Shown here piece by piece: positions 61,153-64,000 of a DNA stretch of 64,000 nucleotides. The stretch lies in the NCBI RefSeq assembly GCF_009914755.1, contig NC_060926.1. One strand, 5' to 3'. The notes beneath the pieces are model-generated. The model made no database searches and was not told the origin of the DNA. It was given only the letters and a program-made list of their open reading frames with translations. Numbering within the stretch: the stretch's first letter is position 1; every line of letters begins with the position of its first letter. The position numbers and the translations under genes were made by a program. This stretch comes from the human T2T-CHM13v2.0 reference genome, Homo sapiens.

Positions 61153-62849
61153 TATTTTTTTAAATTATAAAATAATTAAATAAAATAAAACGTTAAAAAT
61201 TTAAAGATGTTATAATCTTTCATAAGAAGTATAATATGTTGAACCTGGAGGGAAAAAACTCTCATTTAATTCTCATAGTAGAAACAGACCTGATGTCTAG
61301 GAAAGATTTTTGAAGCCTGAGTCTTAAATAGTAACAGAGCAAAACTTAGACCCTAAAATCATTCTCCTGGTGTAGTGGTCTTTCTATTACGCTCGTAAGG
61401 ATTGTTTACATTTTTAAATACTCTTGCTTTGTATGCAGAGTATTTAATCTCTTCTATATTTGGTGATGAACTTAGCTTTTCTGTTGAAATATTCTAAGTT
61501 AGATATTTCAAAGTCTCTTTCAGTCCCCTCCCCTTATCTCCATCCTTTACTTTTTTCTCATCCCGTGCCCACATGCACCACCAGAGTCTTTTTCAACCTC
61601 ACTCCAGCTAAAGGAGTCCACCTGTGGCCCAGGGTGTGTCATCACCAGAGATGATGGGGGCAGGGTAGGTAGGGTGGAGGCAGGTAATTGACATTGTTAT
61701 AAAATTGACTGTTTACTTATGTATCTCTAAGAATGCACCTTCTTAGAGAGAGCAAGCCCTGTCCTATCCCCCATTAGATATTCAGTGTCCAGCAGAGTAT
61801 GAATATGAATCTTTGTAGAATCAATTCATTACGTACTTGCTGATATCATGCAATTGTTGTATTTTCTTTCAGTAATTTTGTGATATTTGAAAGAATATTT
61901 ATCCACCTGAGCATGAGCTTTAAGAGGTTACTTGATTAACTGAAGGCTCCGTGGAACAGCCCTGTATTAGACAAAGCCTATGTTCTCTTCAATACCCCAC
62001 ACAACCTCCTAACATAACACATAGATGTCAATGAGCCTTTTTCCAAGGCCCATTTAAGGTCTTAGCTCATTACCATTCTTTGGCAAAGTCTGTCAGTCTG
62101 TCTTCATATTTACTATGCAGAACAACAATTCACTTTTTGTGTAAGGGCATTGCCTTAATGCAAATGTTAACAAAAATAACAAGAAAGAATGATGTAGAAG
62201 CTATCAGTTCAAGAATCAGCTCCTTAAAAAGACTGTTTCAGGTCCAGTTCAGAATTGGAGAATAAATACACACATTTGTTCTCCACCTTTCAAAAACCTC
62301 CACTGAAATAAAAGCTTAGGATCCCTCAAAGAGTGGATTGGATAGGTGGGGTTTATAGTAAACAAGAGTTAAGGGATTTCTGCCAATTTCTGGAAGGAAA
62401 TGGGAGAAGATAGTAAGCTGAAACAAGCAAAGCAGCTCAAAGCTTTAAAAGGAAGGCAAGCAACCTAGCCATTGGAATTCAGGGAGGCCCTGGGTTCAGA
62501 ATTAGAAAGTAGGAGAGAGGTTGATATTTAGAAGTAGGACTGAAAATAAGAGATTAGTTAATAGTGTACAAATGAGTCAACCACACCACTGGACACACTC
62601 ATCCTACCTCAGTAGCCCAAGTCCGTTCAGGTGGTTGGCAGCATTCAGTTCCTTGCAGTTATAGGACCGATATCCTCATTTCTTCTTTGGCTGCATGGTG
62701 AGAGCAGCTCTGTGCTTTTACAAGCCTTTACAGGTAGCCTGCAGGAGAGAGGATGTTATCATGGAGCCACACACACACACAAATGCTGAAAACAACTGTT
62801 CTTGGAGAGTAAATATATGAGGACTAATATATACTTCACAATAAAAGTT

Positions 62850-64000
<1,151 letters not shown>

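Overview
Primate (most likely human) genomic DNA, judged from Alu S/Y/J, L1, L2, MIR, MaLR/ERVL LTRs and Tigger/Charlie remnants. It is repeat-rich intronic or intergenic sequence, and I can support no protein-coding gene. The longer ORFs come from tandem repeats, Alu, L1, L2 or chance. The unique DNA has several CpG-retaining islets bounded by well-formed minus-strand splice sites (2471-2624, 3825-4085, 24709-24784, 29292-29449 and weaker ones), which suggests but does not prove a spliced minus-strand lncRNA. I cannot name the locus. Structures not explained by repeat families I recognise: (1) an 82-bp inverted repeat with 4 mismatches around a 777-bp spacer (45702-46642); (2) a ~200-bp near-palindrome with an internal 25-bp duplication (13423-13624); (3) two old local duplications (16081/17700 and 44162/46053); (4) a 27-bp VNTR with a CACCTG E-box in every unit; (5) a polypyrimidine-CAG-CAAAG-GTAAGC element that looks like a 5-nt microexon or recursive splice site. 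No new biological system is demonstrated; these are testable leads. Repeat subfamily names are recognised by eye and boundaries of old repeats are approximate.
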